Shown piece by piece: positions 9,565-20,432 of a stretch of 42,096 nt of DNA. A program made the translations under genes and the position numbers. The number at the start of each line of letters is the position of its first letter. Position 1 is the stretch's first letter. The stretch covers positions 1 to 42,096 of IMG/VR virus record IMGVR_UViG_3300045988_168302. One strand, written 5' to 3'. The DNA is from a virus. The notes under the pieces are model-generated. The model made no database searches, was not told the origin of the DNA, and saw only the letters and a program-made list of their open reading frames with translations.

Positions 9565-12500
9565 ATGGCTTTAGATGTAAATAAATTTAATGATTTAGTA
9601 AATCAAAAGGTAGCAGAAAAGCAACAGCCACCTGAAGAAGAAAAATCCATATTTGAACAGATTGGCGAAGTAGTAACAAATCAATCTGATATAAATAGAC
9701 AAGTAGCCCAAGAGTCTACAGAAATTGCACAGGACGCACTGCAAACAGCAGGGCAAGGGATAGATTTAGTAGTAAATACAGCTAGTGATATCAACAATGC
9801 TTATCATAATTTTTTAGATGAGCAAAGAAATATTACTGGAGCATATACTACAGCAAATATTAATCAAGCAAATGAAACAGGCGATTATAGTTTTCAAAAT
9901 CAAGCTGTAGAAAATCTACAACAGGCAGGGCAAGAACTTATTTATTCACCATTAAAACAAGTAAGCCGTGCCATTGTAAATCGCTATAGTGATGACAATG
10001 AAAGCATATTGCAAGATGTAGCACAGGGAATACAAGAGAGCAATGCCTATGTAAATTACATGATGACTGATGAGGAAAAACTTCAAAAAGCCATTGAGAT
10101 TGAAAATGAAACAGGCATAAAGGCCAAAGAGTTTTTAAGTGATACTACTGCATATCGTGAAGCTATTGAGATTTATAACTATGCTAAGAAGAAAAAAGAA
10201 CTTGGCGGAGATATGAATGATGTATTTAATGAATTTCCAGAATTAAAAAATATAGCTAGTATGGACGCACAATCAGCTGCACTAGCTCTACATGATATTA
10301 ATAGCGTGAGAGAAACGCAGGGAGTCATTGACTCTTTTAATAAAATGTGGGAGTACGGAAATAAACATCTTGAATATAGCAATTTAAATTATAAATTAAT
10401 GACAGGGCAGGCAACGGAAGAAGATAAGGCTCGTATTGATGAATTAAAAAAACAATTAGAACAAGCACCAAATCTACCTGCATTTTTAGATAATCCATTT
10501 GCTGTAATAGCAGGCGGAGTGGCTGGCTCTATGCCCATGATGATACAGTCTATGGGCGAAATGATAGATGATTTTGCTATAGGTGCTAGTGCTGGTATGG
10601 TGGCAGGTGCTTTAGCAGGTTCAGCCTTGCCAGGAGCAGGGACTGTAGGCGGTGGCTTAGTAGGTGCAGTCGGTGGTGGTATTGCAAATACAATAAGAGC
10701 AAATGCCATAAGACAAGGAGCTATGCAAGGAGCAAGATTGACAGGTGGATATCTAGCAAGATATGGAATGTTTGCAGGCATGGCAAAGCCTGCAACAGGT
10801 GGATATTATGCAGAATTCAAAGACTTAAAAGGCGAAGATGGAAAGCCACTACTTTCTGATGAAGCAGCTAAAGATTATGCCGTAGTAGCAGGTGCATTGA
10901 ATGCTGGTATTGAAATGCTAGATTTTGGTTTAATCAAGGACGCATTTACAGGCAACGTAGCTAAGCAGACTGTAAAAGAAATTATCGCTACAGCACAAAA
11001 ACAAGCATTAGCTAAAGAAGGTATAAAATCTTTCTTTACTAATAGAGCAAGTGCGATAGCTAAAGTATCTATGGCGGAAAGTGGCGAAGAAGGTTTGCAA
11101 TCAATATCTGATGATTTGGTACACAATCAAATATTGCAAGATACTGGCGATACTACAAATAGAGTATATACAGCTACAGAGATTGCACAGCGTGCTTTGA
11201 TGAGTGCAGGCGAAGCACTACCAGGAGCTATTGGTTTTGGTGTGATATCTGCTGGAGTAGGTGGCTTTAATGAGTCTTTGGGATTTTCTCGCAATCTAAA
11301 AAGGTTGATGAGTAATAATGCTAAATTGGAGCAAAGCACTAGACAAACTTTCGCAGGTACATTGATGTTAGAAAGATTACAATCTGCTGTTAGAAATAGC
11401 AAATTAAAAAAGACAGCACCAAAGGTACAAGAAAGATTGTTGCGTAGCCAACTGGATAATACAGGTTTTGAAATGGCTTATGTAGATATACCTACAGCAC
11501 TTGAAAGCCAAACAGGAAAGCAAGACCTTCAAACATTGGCAAAGACAGCAGGATATACGCAGGAAGATTTAAAAACAGCTATTGAAATAGGTGGAACGCT
11601 TGCAATTCCTACAGCAAAATTTGCTCAAGCGGAAACTACAAGTGATATCATGCGTGCTGTAACTTTCAATCAAGAAGCAGATCCAATCGGCAAGCTAAGA
11701 AAAAATGCTGAAACTATAACAAATGAAATGCAAGATAGTATACAAAAAACAGCAGATAAACAACGTATACTGATAGATGCCATAATGCAAGAGCAATTTG
11801 CAAATGGTACAAAAGAACAGCAGACTATGGCACAGGCTGTAATTTACAATAATGTATCTAATCCAGCTAAAGGTTGGAAACAAGTCCATGATGACCAGAT
11901 AAATGAAAGAAATAATATTTTAGTGCCTGCAATAGATGCCATAAAAAAGAGCATAGAACAAAATGATACATGGTATCAGGAATTCTATGCTAAACATAAC
12001 AGAGCCATGATTGATAAAGAAATTGAAGATATGGCTTATAAATTAACTGTAGGACATGAAACAGCACCATCTATACCAACATGGCAAGCGACAACTCCTG
12101 AAGCTGTGCAAGCTTTGGCTGAAAATAAAAATATACTAGATGATATAGATAATAATTTGAAGGTATTAGATGAGATAAAACCACAGCTTAGCAATTTAAA
12201 TGGTGTAGAAATGAGGTTAGCTGAAGGACTTACTAAAGACGGATATGCAGTATATAATCGCCTATCAAAACAACTTCAAAATGCTGGCGGAAAAGTAAAA
12301 CGTGCAAGCCGTATGAGTGCTATTTTATTTGCTAGACATGCAGATATAGTAGCAGACATAATGCGAAGACATGGCAATGAAAACTACACAGCCATGACTT
12401 ATTACAATGAAAGATTTGCTTTAAATATAAAAGATGAAGTCAATAAAAATAAAGGTGATATCACTTTATTAAGTAATGGTCAGCGTGTTATCAATCTGTA

Positions 12501-15500
12501 TAAAGCTGCTGATGAATCCACTTTTGTACATGAAATGGCACATATGTTTTTAATGGATTTAGATGAGCTTGCTAAGATTGATGAATTATCTAAAAAAGAA
12601 TTGGATATAGTAAATGATTGGGCAAGTTGGAAAAATGAAAAATCTATTGATGAATATAAAAATGCCCCATGGTACAAAGAATTTAAAGCACGTCATGAAA
12701 GTATAATAAATGCTCAAAATGCTGGTGATGTAGCCAAAGTGGAAGAATTAAAAGAAGCATGGCGACAAGAACGATTTGCCAGGGCATTTGAATTATATTT
12801 ACAAAAAGGAACTGCACCAAGTAAAGGCTTAAAAGATGTGTTCCGTAAGTTAAAAAAATTCTTGCGTGATATCTATATTGGATTTACTTCTATTGGCGGA
12901 ATAGCAAGCCCAAAAGTAGAAGCCATAATGCAACGTATGGTGGCTACAGAAGAAGAAATAAACCAAATGGCATTAGATGATAGATATAGAGATATCACTA
13001 AGGCAGGCGGTGAAAAGCTACTTGATGAAACGGAAGAACAAACTTATAAACGTTGGCACAAGGAAGCTACAGAAGAAGCCAAAGAGCATCTAATGAAGAT
13101 AGTAATGCAAGATTTAAAAGCTGAAGCCAAAGTAAAATTTGATGAACGTGTAGAAAAAGAGCGAGCTTATAAACTGAATGAATTAGAAAATCAACCTGTA
13201 TATATAGCACAAGAAGCTTATAAAGAAGCAGGAGATATAAATATAGTTCTTAATTGGTTTGGTAGCGTAGAAGAATATAAACAGGCTCTAAAAAATACTA
13301 AGCCTATACAGACTGCACTTGATGAATACATGAAGCAGTATGAAAAAACTTTAGATACTGAACTAATGGAAAGCCATTTATCCGAAGAAAATATCTTGCA
13401 GGCTATGGAAGATAGTAAGTATACAAGTAAACTTGTGGCAATGGAAACTAGGATATTTAATGAAAAAGTAAAATTGATAAATAAAATAGGTTCTAAAACG
13501 CAAGTTGCTATGCAAGATGTAGAAGATAAATTAAATGCCCTTGATGATTACACAGATTTAAAAGTAGATAAAGAAGATGCTAGAGTAAAAAGCGTGATGA
13601 ATGCTTTAAATAAGCTTAGATTTAGCACTAAATGGAATGCCAAAGATTTAGGAAGAATTGAAGCAATGTTTAATAGCAATACAAAAGAAACTTTAGCTGA
13701 AGCTTTTAAACAATTTGTAGAAGAAACAAAACAGCAAAAGATAAATCGTGAAGCCATAGAAAAAGCCCATGAAGGTAAATTGAAAATGTTCAAGGAAATG
13801 GCAGAGCGTGCTTTGGACGGCAAAACCATTTTTGAAGCTTGTAATGTGGCTCTTTATCGTAAGAATGAAAGTATGCATGCACGCAGAGTAAAACAGGCTG
13901 TAAAGGCTAGTAACTGGGAGCGTGCCATGAAAGAAAAAGAAGCACAGTATATTTCTGCTGCTATGGCTCAAAAGGCATTGAAAAATAAATTGTATATACA
14001 AAAGAAAATAGAGAAGGTGAATAAACAGCTAAAAGTACGATCCATAAAATTACCAGCACAAGAACGATACTGGCATAAACATTTAGCCTATATCTTAGGT
14101 ATTACAAATAAAGATGCTAATCCACCTGTAGACGGAATAACACCACTTGCAGATTTATTCAAGGGATTACAAGATAGCTTAGATTTAGAATATACCCCAA
14201 CAGATATATTGGAGATAACAAGCCGTAGTGATTTCAGTGGTTATCAATCTATGACTATAGCCCAATTCGAGGACGCAGTGGAAGCACTAGATATCTTATA
14301 TACAACAGGTAGAGATAAATTCAAGTTAAAAACTATACAGGGGAAATCTATAGATGATGCTATAAATGAAATAATACTTGATGATACTGCTTATAACAGG
14401 TCAATGGTAATAAATAAAAAGATAAATCCAGATAAAGGTGGTCTTGGCTATAACGATTTAGTGGATAAGATACCACTTATTGGGGACGCTATGGCTCGTG
14501 GCGGTGCAAAATATTTAAGTTCCATGATGAAACCAGAAGAAATAATAAATATTTTGGGAACAAAAGCTCATAAATATTTATATGAAACATATGAGCGAGC
14601 ATCTAATCTTGAAGCTGAAATGATGACCAAAAACGTATACAAAATAAAAGAAATCTTAAAAGATTATAGCCATAGTGAAAAATTATCATGGAAGAAACAA
14701 CAATATAAATTAGAATTTGAAGATGGTACAGTAGAAAATCTATCAAAAGAAAATATTATCTGTATGGCTCTAAACTTAGGTAATGATATAAATAGAAGCC
14801 GTCTTGCTGTAGGATTTGGCTTGACAGAAGAATATCTCAAAGAATTTGTAGAAAAGCATATGACCAAAAAGGATTGGCAAATGGTACAAGATATATGGAA
14901 TCATTTACATTCTTTCTGGAAAGATACAGTAAGGGTAGAGCAAGAATTAAATGGCGTAACACTAAAACCGCAACAGCCAACACCATTTGATGTGAAGTTA
15001 CCTAATGGCGAGATATTGCATTTAGAAGGTGGCTATTATCCTATAGTAGCTAATCCACTAAAGAGCAATAGAGCCAATGAACAAGAGGTAAATGAAGCGG
15101 TAAGACGTACCATGAGCGGTGCACAAGTATTAGGCACTGGCAGAGGATTTACAAAGGCACGTTCACAGGCAAACATTGATAGAGCATTGCTTTTAGAATT
15201 TAGTGTAATACCTGACCATTTATCAAATGTAATCCACAATATAACGCATAGAATACCAGCAAGAGATGTTTATAGATTAGTAAAAAATAAACAATTTGAA
15301 GAATATGTAAATAGAACTATGGGTAAAGAAATATATCAGGTATTAGATGAATGGGCAGTGGATAATTGGCGAGTGATACCAGAAGCTAGTAATAATAAAA
15401 CAGTGCAAAAAGTATCTAAAATGCTTAGCTATTTAAGAACAAATTCTACACTAGCAATAATGGGATATAGACTTTATCCAATAATTGAAAACATGACAAA

Positions 15501-17043
15501 CATTGCACCAATGATGGATAAATTAGGTGCTATGAAATCTTTAGTAGCAATAGCAGATTACTATACAAATATAAGTAAATATCAAGAAGTGTTGCATAAA
15601 TCAATCTTTATGAAGAATAGGCTAAATCACATGGACAGGGATATAAAATACATTCCTGGATTGTTTGATGAAGATAGATTGGTAACAGGATTTTTAAAAG
15701 AACATGCATACACACTTATGACCTACAGTGATTTAATGTTTTCTGCTCCGTTATGGTGTAGAAGCTATAAAGATGCCTACGCTAAAAAACTTGATGAGGT
15801 AAAAAAAGAAAATGAAGCTAATGTAGAAAAATTGCAAAATGCACAAGCTAAAGTATCTACAATCAGAGCTAGAATAATGGACCTGCAACAAAATGCATTG
15901 AAATCAAATTTTGTTGTGCAAGGTACAAATATAAATCAAGTGGGGGATTTTCAGACTTTTGTAAATACAAGAGAAGAATTAAACCAATTACAAAAAGATT
16001 TATATATGGCGGAAGTAGAGCTAGATAATGCTAGTGAGCTTAGATTCTTAACCGATAAAGAAATCTTGGCTAAAGCTGAAAGTCGATCCATTGCTGAAGC
16101 TGATAAATCTATCCGTGAAGTATTCGGAAGTGGGCAGACAAAAGATTTAGCATCTATTCAAAAAGGTGGAGAGTTGCTGAAATTATTTACACCTTTTTAC
16201 ACTTTCTTTAATACGCAGGCTAATGCTATCTTGCAAGCTTACTATAAAGGAAAATTCATGAAGTCGACTACAATGGGTGAAAATATTACAAGGTGGCTAC
16301 CTGTGGCAAGGTCTTTTCTATATCGTATTGTGCTTACTTCTGCATTATCTACTATGCTACGTATGGCACTGCTCGGTGATGGAAGTGATGATAAGCATAA
16401 ATATGAAAAGGTGAAAAATGCAGAAGGTACAGAAGAAAAAATAGAGATACCTGTAATGCAAAGATTTTTGACACAGTTTGGCAAAAATACCTTATCCACC
16501 ATGGCTGGCACTATGTGGGGTGTACGAGATATAGCAAGCTTTTTTATCAATGAAAGTTTTGAAGGTACAGATTATGGTAGAGGTATTGGCTTTTCTACTG
16601 TGGCACTTGCTGGCGGTGAAAAAATAACTGCACTATATAAACTGCTAGATAAAAAAGCAGAAAAAGATTTAGAGATAGCAGATAAGGAAGCTAAATGGCA
16701 AGCTGAATATATGAAGGCAGGGGCAAAGAAAAGAAAAACCATGCTTGAAGATAAACAGTATCAAAAGCCACCAAAACGCATAACTTATGCAGATATAGCA
16801 AAAGCTTCAGGGGAAATTGGTACAACGTTCTTTGCAGCTAGGACAGGTATAACAAGTACCATGGCAAATAGTGTCTTCACCACTATGCAATATATAGCTG
16901 ATGGTGATGGTCGATATGATACGAACCTTAAAAATATTATTTGGTCTGCACTCTTTAATAAAAAGCCAGTAGAAAGAGTGATACCAGAAAAACCGAAACA
17001 ACCAAAGAAAAAGGGGAAATCTAAGAACGTAAGGAGATACTAA
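9565..17043 (+). CDS. Giant internal virion or ejection protein of 2492 aa, at the gp15/gp16 position.
   Basis: A single uninterrupted ORF with a good RBS. It has a Gly/Ala-rich hydrophobic zipper (AGGVAGSMP..GGGLVGAVGGGIANT) and extensive coiled coil. There is an HEMAH motif at 12529..12543 and a basic C-terminal tail. Confidence 0.7.
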   Translation: MALDVNKFNDLVNQKVAEKQQPPEEEKSIFEQIGEVVTNQSDINRQVAQESTEIAQDALQTAGQGIDLVVNTASDINNAYHNFLDEQRNITGAYTTANINQANETGDYSFQNQAVENLQQAGQELIYSPLKQVSRAIVNRYSDDNESILQDVAQGIQESNAYVNYMMTDEEKLQKAIEIENETGIKAKEFLSDTTAYREAIEIYNYAKKKKELGGDMNDVFNEFPELKNIASMDAQSAALALHDINSVRETQGVIDSFNKMWEYGNKHLEYSNLNYKLMTGQATEEDKARIDELKKQLEQAPNLPAFLDNPFAVIAGGVAGSMPMMIQSMGEMIDDFAIGASAGMVAGALAGSALPGAGTVGGGLVGAVGGGIANTIRANAIRQGAMQGARLTGGYLARYGMFAGMAKPATGGYYAEFKDLKGEDGKPLLSDEAAKDYAVVAGALNAGIEMLDFGLIKDAFTGNVAKQTVKEIIATAQKQALAKEGIKSFFTNRASAIAKVSMAESGEEGLQSISDDLVHNQILQDTGDTTNRVYTATEIAQRALMSAGEALPGAIGFGVISAGVGGFNESLGFSRNLKRLMSNNAKLEQSTRQTFAGTLMLERLQSAVRNSKLKKTAPKVQERLLRSQLDNTGFEMAYVDIPTALESQTGKQDLQTLAKTAGYTQEDLKTAIEIGGTLAIPTAKFAQAETTSDIMRAVTFNQEADPIGKLRKNAETITNEMQDSIQKTADKQRILIDAIMQEQFANGTKEQQTMAQAVIYNNVSNPAKGWKQVHDDQINERNNILVPAIDAIKKSIEQNDTWYQEFYAKHNRAMIDKEIEDMAYKLTVGHETAPSIPTWQATTPEAVQALAENKNILDDIDNNLKVLDEIKPQLSNLNGVEMRLAEGLTKDGYAVYNRLSKQLQNAGGKVKRASRMSAILFARHADIVADIMRRHGNENYTAMTYYNERFALNIKDEVNKNKGDITLLSNGQRVINLYKAADESTFVHEMAHMFLMDLDELAKIDELSKKELDIVNDWASWKNEKSIDEYKNAPWYKEFKARHESIINAQNAGDVAKVEELKEAWRQERFARAFELYLQKGTAPSKGLKDVFRKLKKFLRDIYIGFTSIGGIASPKVEAIMQRMVATEEEINQMALDDRYRDITKAGGEKLLDETEEQTYKRWHKEATEEAKEHLMKIVMQDLKAEAKVKFDERVEKERAYKLNELENQPVYIAQEAYKEAGDINIVLNWFGSVEEYKQALKNTKPIQTALDEYMKQYEKTLDTELMESHLSEENILQAMEDSKYTSKLVAMETRIFNEKVKLINKIGSKTQVAMQDVEDKLNALDDYTDLKVDKEDARVKSVMNALNKLRFSTKWNAKDLGRIEAMFNSNTKETLAEAFKQFVEETKQQKINREAIEKAHEGKLKMFKEMAERALDGKTIFEACNVALYRKNESMHARRVKQAVKASNWERAMKEKEAQYISAAMAQKALKNKLYIQKKIEKVNKQLKVRSIKLPAQERYWHKHLAYILGITNKDANPPVDGITPLADLFKGLQDSLDLEYTPTDILEITSRSDFSGYQSMTIAQFEDAVEALDILYTTGRDKFKLKTIQGKSIDDAINEIILDDTAYNRSMVINKKINPDKGGLGYNDLVDKIPLIGDAMARGGAKYLSSMMKPEEIINILGTKAHKYLYETYERASNLEAEMMTKNVYKIKEILKDYSHSEKLSWKKQQYKLEFEDGTVENLSKENIICMALNLGNDINRSRLAVGFGLTEEYLKEFVEKHMTKKDWQMVQDIWNHLHSFWKDTVRVEQELNGVTLKPQQPTPFDVKLPNGEILHLEGGYYPIVANPLKSNRANEQEVNEAVRRTMSGAQVLGTGRGFTKARSQANIDRALLLEFSVIPDHLSNVIHNITHRIPARDVYRLVKNKQFEEYVNRTMGKEIYQVLDEWAVDNWRVIPEASNNKTVQKVSKMLSYLRTNSTLAIMGYRLYPIIENMTNIAPMMDKLGAMKSLVAIADYYTNISKYQEVLHKSIFMKNRLNHMDRDIKYIPGLFDEDRLVTGFLKEHAYTLMTYSDLMFSAPLWCRSYKDAYAKKLDEVKKENEANVEKLQNAQAKVSTIRARIMDLQQNALKSNFVVQGTNINQVGDFQTFVNTREELNQLQKDLYMAEVELDNASELRFLTDKEILAKAESRSIAEADKSIREVFGSGQTKDLASIQKGGELLKLFTPFYTFFNTQANAILQAYYKGKFMKSTTMGENITRWLPVARSFLYRIVLTSALSTMLRMALLGDGSDDKHKYEKVKNAEGTEEKIEIPVMQRFLTQFGKNTLSTMAGTMWGVRDIASFFINESFEGTDYGRGIGFSTVALAGGEKITALYKLLDKKAEKDLEIADKEAKWQAEYMKAGAKKRKTMLEDKQYQKPPKRITYADIAKASGEIGTTFFAARTGITSTMANSVFTTMQYIADGDGRYDTNLKNIIWSALFNKKPVERVIPEKPKQPKKKGKSKNVRRY

Positions 17044-17045
17044 AA

Positions 17046-19304
17046 ATGATACAAGACCAAACAACAAAGGTTATCTATGTAGGGAATGGGCAGACAACCC
17101 ATTTCCCATTTAAATTCAAGTACAACGATAAAGCACATATTCATGTGGCGATTTATGATATAGATACACAGGTACAAACAGAACTCACTAAAGATTTTTT
17201 CGTAGACAGTGAGAAAAACGAAGTGATTTATCCTGGATATCAAAGTGGACAAGAACCACCAGAAGCACAAATACCACCAGTATTACAAGCAAATCAAAAG
17301 CTAGTAATCTACAGACAAACACCACTAACACAAGAAATAGATTTTGGCTCTAAATATCCACTGCCTTTTGTAGAAAATGGAACAGATAAAAATACTATGA
17401 TATCTCAAGAAATGAAAGAAGCCCTTGAACGTTCTGTAAAAGTAGATATGGGCAGTGAAGTAAAACCAGATGAACTACTGACTGATATAAAACAAAATGT
17501 AGCAGACGCTAACCAATCTGCACAAAATGCCCAGCAATCAGCAAATGAAGCACAAGAGTATGCACAAAATGCCAATGCCAATGCCCAATCTATAAATATA
17601 AGAACATTTCCAAACGTAGAAACCATGAAGCGAGCAAATAACCTAAAAGCAGGAGGATTGATAAGAACACAAGGCTTTTATCAACCAGGTGATGGTGGCG
17701 GTGCTGATTATGTAATAGTAGATGATATAGGCGAAGATGAAGTTGATGAAGCAAGTGTTATAACTTTGCAAAAAGGATTATATGCAAAACTTTTGATACA
17801 AGATTATGTGAATGTAAAATGGTTTGGTGCAAAAATTGATGGCGTTACTGATGATAGTACAGCCGTAAATAAGGCATATACTTTCTTAAAAAATAGCTAC
17901 GTAAAATTTACATTAAGTCTTACATCTCAAAATGGAAATTCTTATAGATATAATGCGGATAAAGTGTCTAACTATACGTTATTTATTCCTAAAGGGGTAA
18001 TGAAAATAAGTAATACCATTAATGTTTATTTAGATGGCATTAATACTATTGCCGATAATATAATAATAGACGCTAGAGATATAACTGCAACTGCTTTATT
18101 TTTAAAAGGTAAAGTAGACATAGCATATGGTGGGAATCCTGGTATGATGACCAAATTGAGCGGTTTTTCATTGTTGGGAGATATTTTGGATAATAATATT
18201 GCAATTTCATTTGATAGTAGTAGAGTTAATAGAAATTTATTATTTGAAAATGTTAATATTACTGGTTTTAAAAAACAGTTATATTTTACTTCTCATACTT
18301 ATCTTATAAATTTTATAAATTGCTATTTTGGATGTTCAGAAAATAATTTTTATGTCGATAATGAAGCTACAGATTTAGGGGAAAAGATTACCTTTATTGG
18401 TTGTACATTAGCAGATAATAAATTAGTTTTTTATAATCACAATGATAAAGCTTCTTTTCATATTGTGGCTTCTTCCGTTGATTACAATGAAAGTATGTGT
18501 GACTTATATGACAGTAAACTATTTATAACTAATAGTCATATTGAATGGAGCAATAAAAATAGTCTAGGGAGCATTGAAGGTAAACAGCCTTATATAGGTA
18601 TTGTTGATAGTGAACTTTTTTATAATGGTGATGATACAGAAAATGAATTGTTTATTGCTAATATAACAGGAAATGATAATCAAGGTAGAGTAGTATTAGC
18701 ACATAATAAGCTTATTAACTTAAACAAATATCCTTATCTAACAACTAATAGTATAGTACTACTTGATGATAATGTAACAGAATATACAGGTGGAAAGTAT
18801 AGCGGGGTTTGTCCTTTTATAACTAAAGAAGCTAAACCAATTTTTATTGATGATGAAACATTTCATAGTGATAATTGTGACTTAAGTGTAAGCAGTAGTA
18901 AAGATAAATTAACAATAAATATAAAAAATACTGGTTCATTTTACTGTTCATTCAGAAAAAACGTAGATATTACTAGACTGCATAACTTTGCATGTGTTGT
19001 TTCTAATACAACACAATTATCTAATCCAGTATATTTAACATTATCATGGATAATTAATGGTATTAATAATAGTGGAAGCATAGAAGGAGTAGAGGTAAAA
19101 AAAATTACCCTAACAATCACTGATATTTTAAATAACGCTATAAGCGTTCCTCAACTTATTTCACAAATAATGGTTTCTAGCGACCCTAAAGTGCAACTAA
19201 ACTCTTTTTCAAATGATATGTATATAAGGGTTACTATATCCTCGGACAATATCAAACAGGGAACCGAAATATCATTTTCAAGATTAGAGCTAGCGGAGTG
19301 GTAA
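17046..19304 (+). CDS. Tail fibre or tailspike with a T7 gp17-like N-terminal adaptor and a right-handed beta-helix domain.
   Basis: N-terminus KVIYVGNGQTTHFPFKFKY.. parallels T7 gp17 TVLTYQLDGSNRDFNIPFEY... The coiled coil NAQQSANEAQEYAQNANANAQ follows. The central region shows repetitive beta-helix rungs such as NITGFKKQLYFTSHTYLINFINCYFGCSENNFYV. Confidence 0.7.
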   Translation: MIQDQTTKVIYVGNGQTTHFPFKFKYNDKAHIHVAIYDIDTQVQTELTKDFFVDSEKNEVIYPGYQSGQEPPEAQIPPVLQANQKLVIYRQTPLTQEIDFGSKYPLPFVENGTDKNTMISQEMKEALERSVKVDMGSEVKPDELLTDIKQNVADANQSAQNAQQSANEAQEYAQNANANAQSINIRTFPNVETMKRANNLKAGGLIRTQGFYQPGDGGGADYVIVDDIGEDEVDEASVITLQKGLYAKLLIQDYVNVKWFGAKIDGVTDDSTAVNKAYTFLKNSYVKFTLSLTSQNGNSYRYNADKVSNYTLFIPKGVMKISNTINVYLDGINTIADNIIIDARDITATALFLKGKVDIAYGGNPGMMTKLSGFSLLGDILDNNIAISFDSSRVNRNLLFENVNITGFKKQLYFTSHTYLINFINCYFGCSENNFYVDNEATDLGEKITFIGCTLADNKLVFYNHNDKASFHIVASSVDYNESMCDLYDSKLFITNSHIEWSNKNSLGSIEGKQPYIGIVDSELFYNGDDTENELFIANITGNDNQGRVVLAHNKLINLNKYPYLTTNSIVLLDDNVTEYTGGKYSGVCPFITKEAKPIFIDDETFHSDNCDLSVSSSKDKLTINIKNTGSFYCSFRKNVDITRLHNFACVVSNTTQLSNPVYLTLSWIINGINNSGSIEGVEVKKITLTITDILNNAISVPQLISQIMVSSDPKVQLNSFSNDMYIRVTISSDNIKQGTEISFSRLELAEW

Positions 19305-19305
19305 A

Positions 19306-19602
19306 ATGAAGAAAATAATTGTATTAACAATGTTGTTAATGTCTTTATGTGCATCATGTTTTGCAAGCTCGTTACATGATATACAAGACACTATAGGCAC
19401 AGATAAATTTGCTCATTTTGGTGTCGGCTATGTAGTATCAAATGAATTACAACATGCAGGCATGAGTAAATTAGAAGCAGTGGCAACAGTGGCATTTCTT
19501 GCTTATGCAAAAGAAAAATGGGTAGATGATACATTCAGTAAATCAGATATCGGTGCTACAGTTTTGGGCGGAGTGATACCGCTATATAAGAAGGAATTTT
19601 AG
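19306..19602 (+). CDS. Small secreted protein with an N-terminal signal peptide.
   Basis: MKKIIVLTMLLMSLCASCFASS is a signal peptide. RBS ggagtgg. Confidence 0.5.
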   Translation: MKKIIVLTMLLMSLCASCFASSLHDIQDTIGTDKFAHFGVGYVVSNELQHAGMSKLEAVATVAFLAYAKEKWVDDTFSKSDIGATVLGGVIPLYKKEF

Positions 19603-19706
19603 GTTTACTTTACTTTTTGCAAAAATCTATACATTTACTTGACTTTAAAAGTAAAGTAGGTGTGTAGATTTAACTAAAAAGTAAAGTTGATAATGAGGTG
19701 ATGAAA

Positions 19707-20156
19707 ATGCAGGAGCTTAGTATATTTTTAAAATCATTGATACCAGTAAGATTAGAAATAGAAGTAGGTGTTATAGTGGCTTTTTGTGGTACTGTGGTTA
19801 ATTATTTTTTAGGGCAATGGACACCACTATTAGAAACACTAATTATATTTATGTTGTTTGATTATATAACTGGAGTAATGTCTGCATGGATTAATCCATA
19901 TAAAAAGCTCGATAGCAGGAAAGGTATGAACGGATTAAAAAGAAAAGGTGTAATTTTAATAATGGTGATGGTCGGACATTTTTTTGATAATGCTATTGGA
20001 CAAAATACCATGACACGTGATATAGTAGCACTTTTCTATCTTGGCAATGAGGGATTATCTATATTAGAAAATGTAGCAAATTGTGGGGTGCCTGTGCCGA
20101 ATAATCTAAAAGATAAATTAGCACAATTCGCAGATGATAAAACTACTAGAAATTAA
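19707..20156 (+). CDS. Holin of the TcdE/UviB family (phage_holin_4_1).
   Basis: Three predicted TM segments. The C-terminus NCGVPVPNNLKDKLAQFADD matches TcdE LCGLPVPKRLKEKIAILLDA. ATG 19707 has the best spacing to gaggtg. Alternative starts lie at 19698 and 19701. Confidence 0.65.
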   Translation: MQELSIFLKSLIPVRLEIEVGVIVAFCGTVVNYFLGQWTPLLETLIIFMLFDYITGVMSAWINPYKKLDSRKGMNGLKRKGVILIMVMVGHFFDNAIGQNTMTRDIVALFYLGNEGLSILENVANCGVPVPNNLKDKLAQFADDKTTRN

Positions 20157-20170
20157 AAGGACCTTAAGAT

Positions 20171-20419
20171 ATGGATAAAAATAGAAAATTAGCTAGAACA
20201 TGGCTTATAAATAGCAGCAGAGCGGACTTTGAAGATATAATATATAAATCAAAAATAACTCCAAGGCAACAAAAGATAATCGAATTTAGAATATTGAAGA
20301 ATTTTGAGATAACAAAAATAGCAAATCTATTAAATCTATCTGAAGAAACGATCCAACGTGATATTAAAAACAGTTACAATCTAATAAGTAATGCATTAAT
20401 AAAATACAAATTAATATAA
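20171..20419 (+). CDS. Small HTH protein resembling sigma-70 region 4 (TcdR/UviA or ArpU-like late regulator).
   Basis: ITPRQQKIIEFRILKNFEITKIANLLNLSEETIQRDI has a typical region-4 HTH pattern. It is adjacent to a TcdE-like holin. Confidence 0.45.
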   Translation: MDKNRKLARTWLINSSRADFEDIIYKSKITPRQQKIIEFRILKNFEITKIANLLNLSEETIQRDIKNSYNLISNALIKYKLI

Positions 20420-20432
20420 ACAAAATATAAAA

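Noticed and set aside
10389-11402. Run of minus-strand ORFs (10389..10781, 10875..11126, 11127..11402) opposite the giant gene.
   Set aside because: They are antisense to the Gly/Ala-rich zipper region, where GC-richer codons leave the reverse frames open. They have no starts with an SD and give Pro/Ala-rich nonsense translations.
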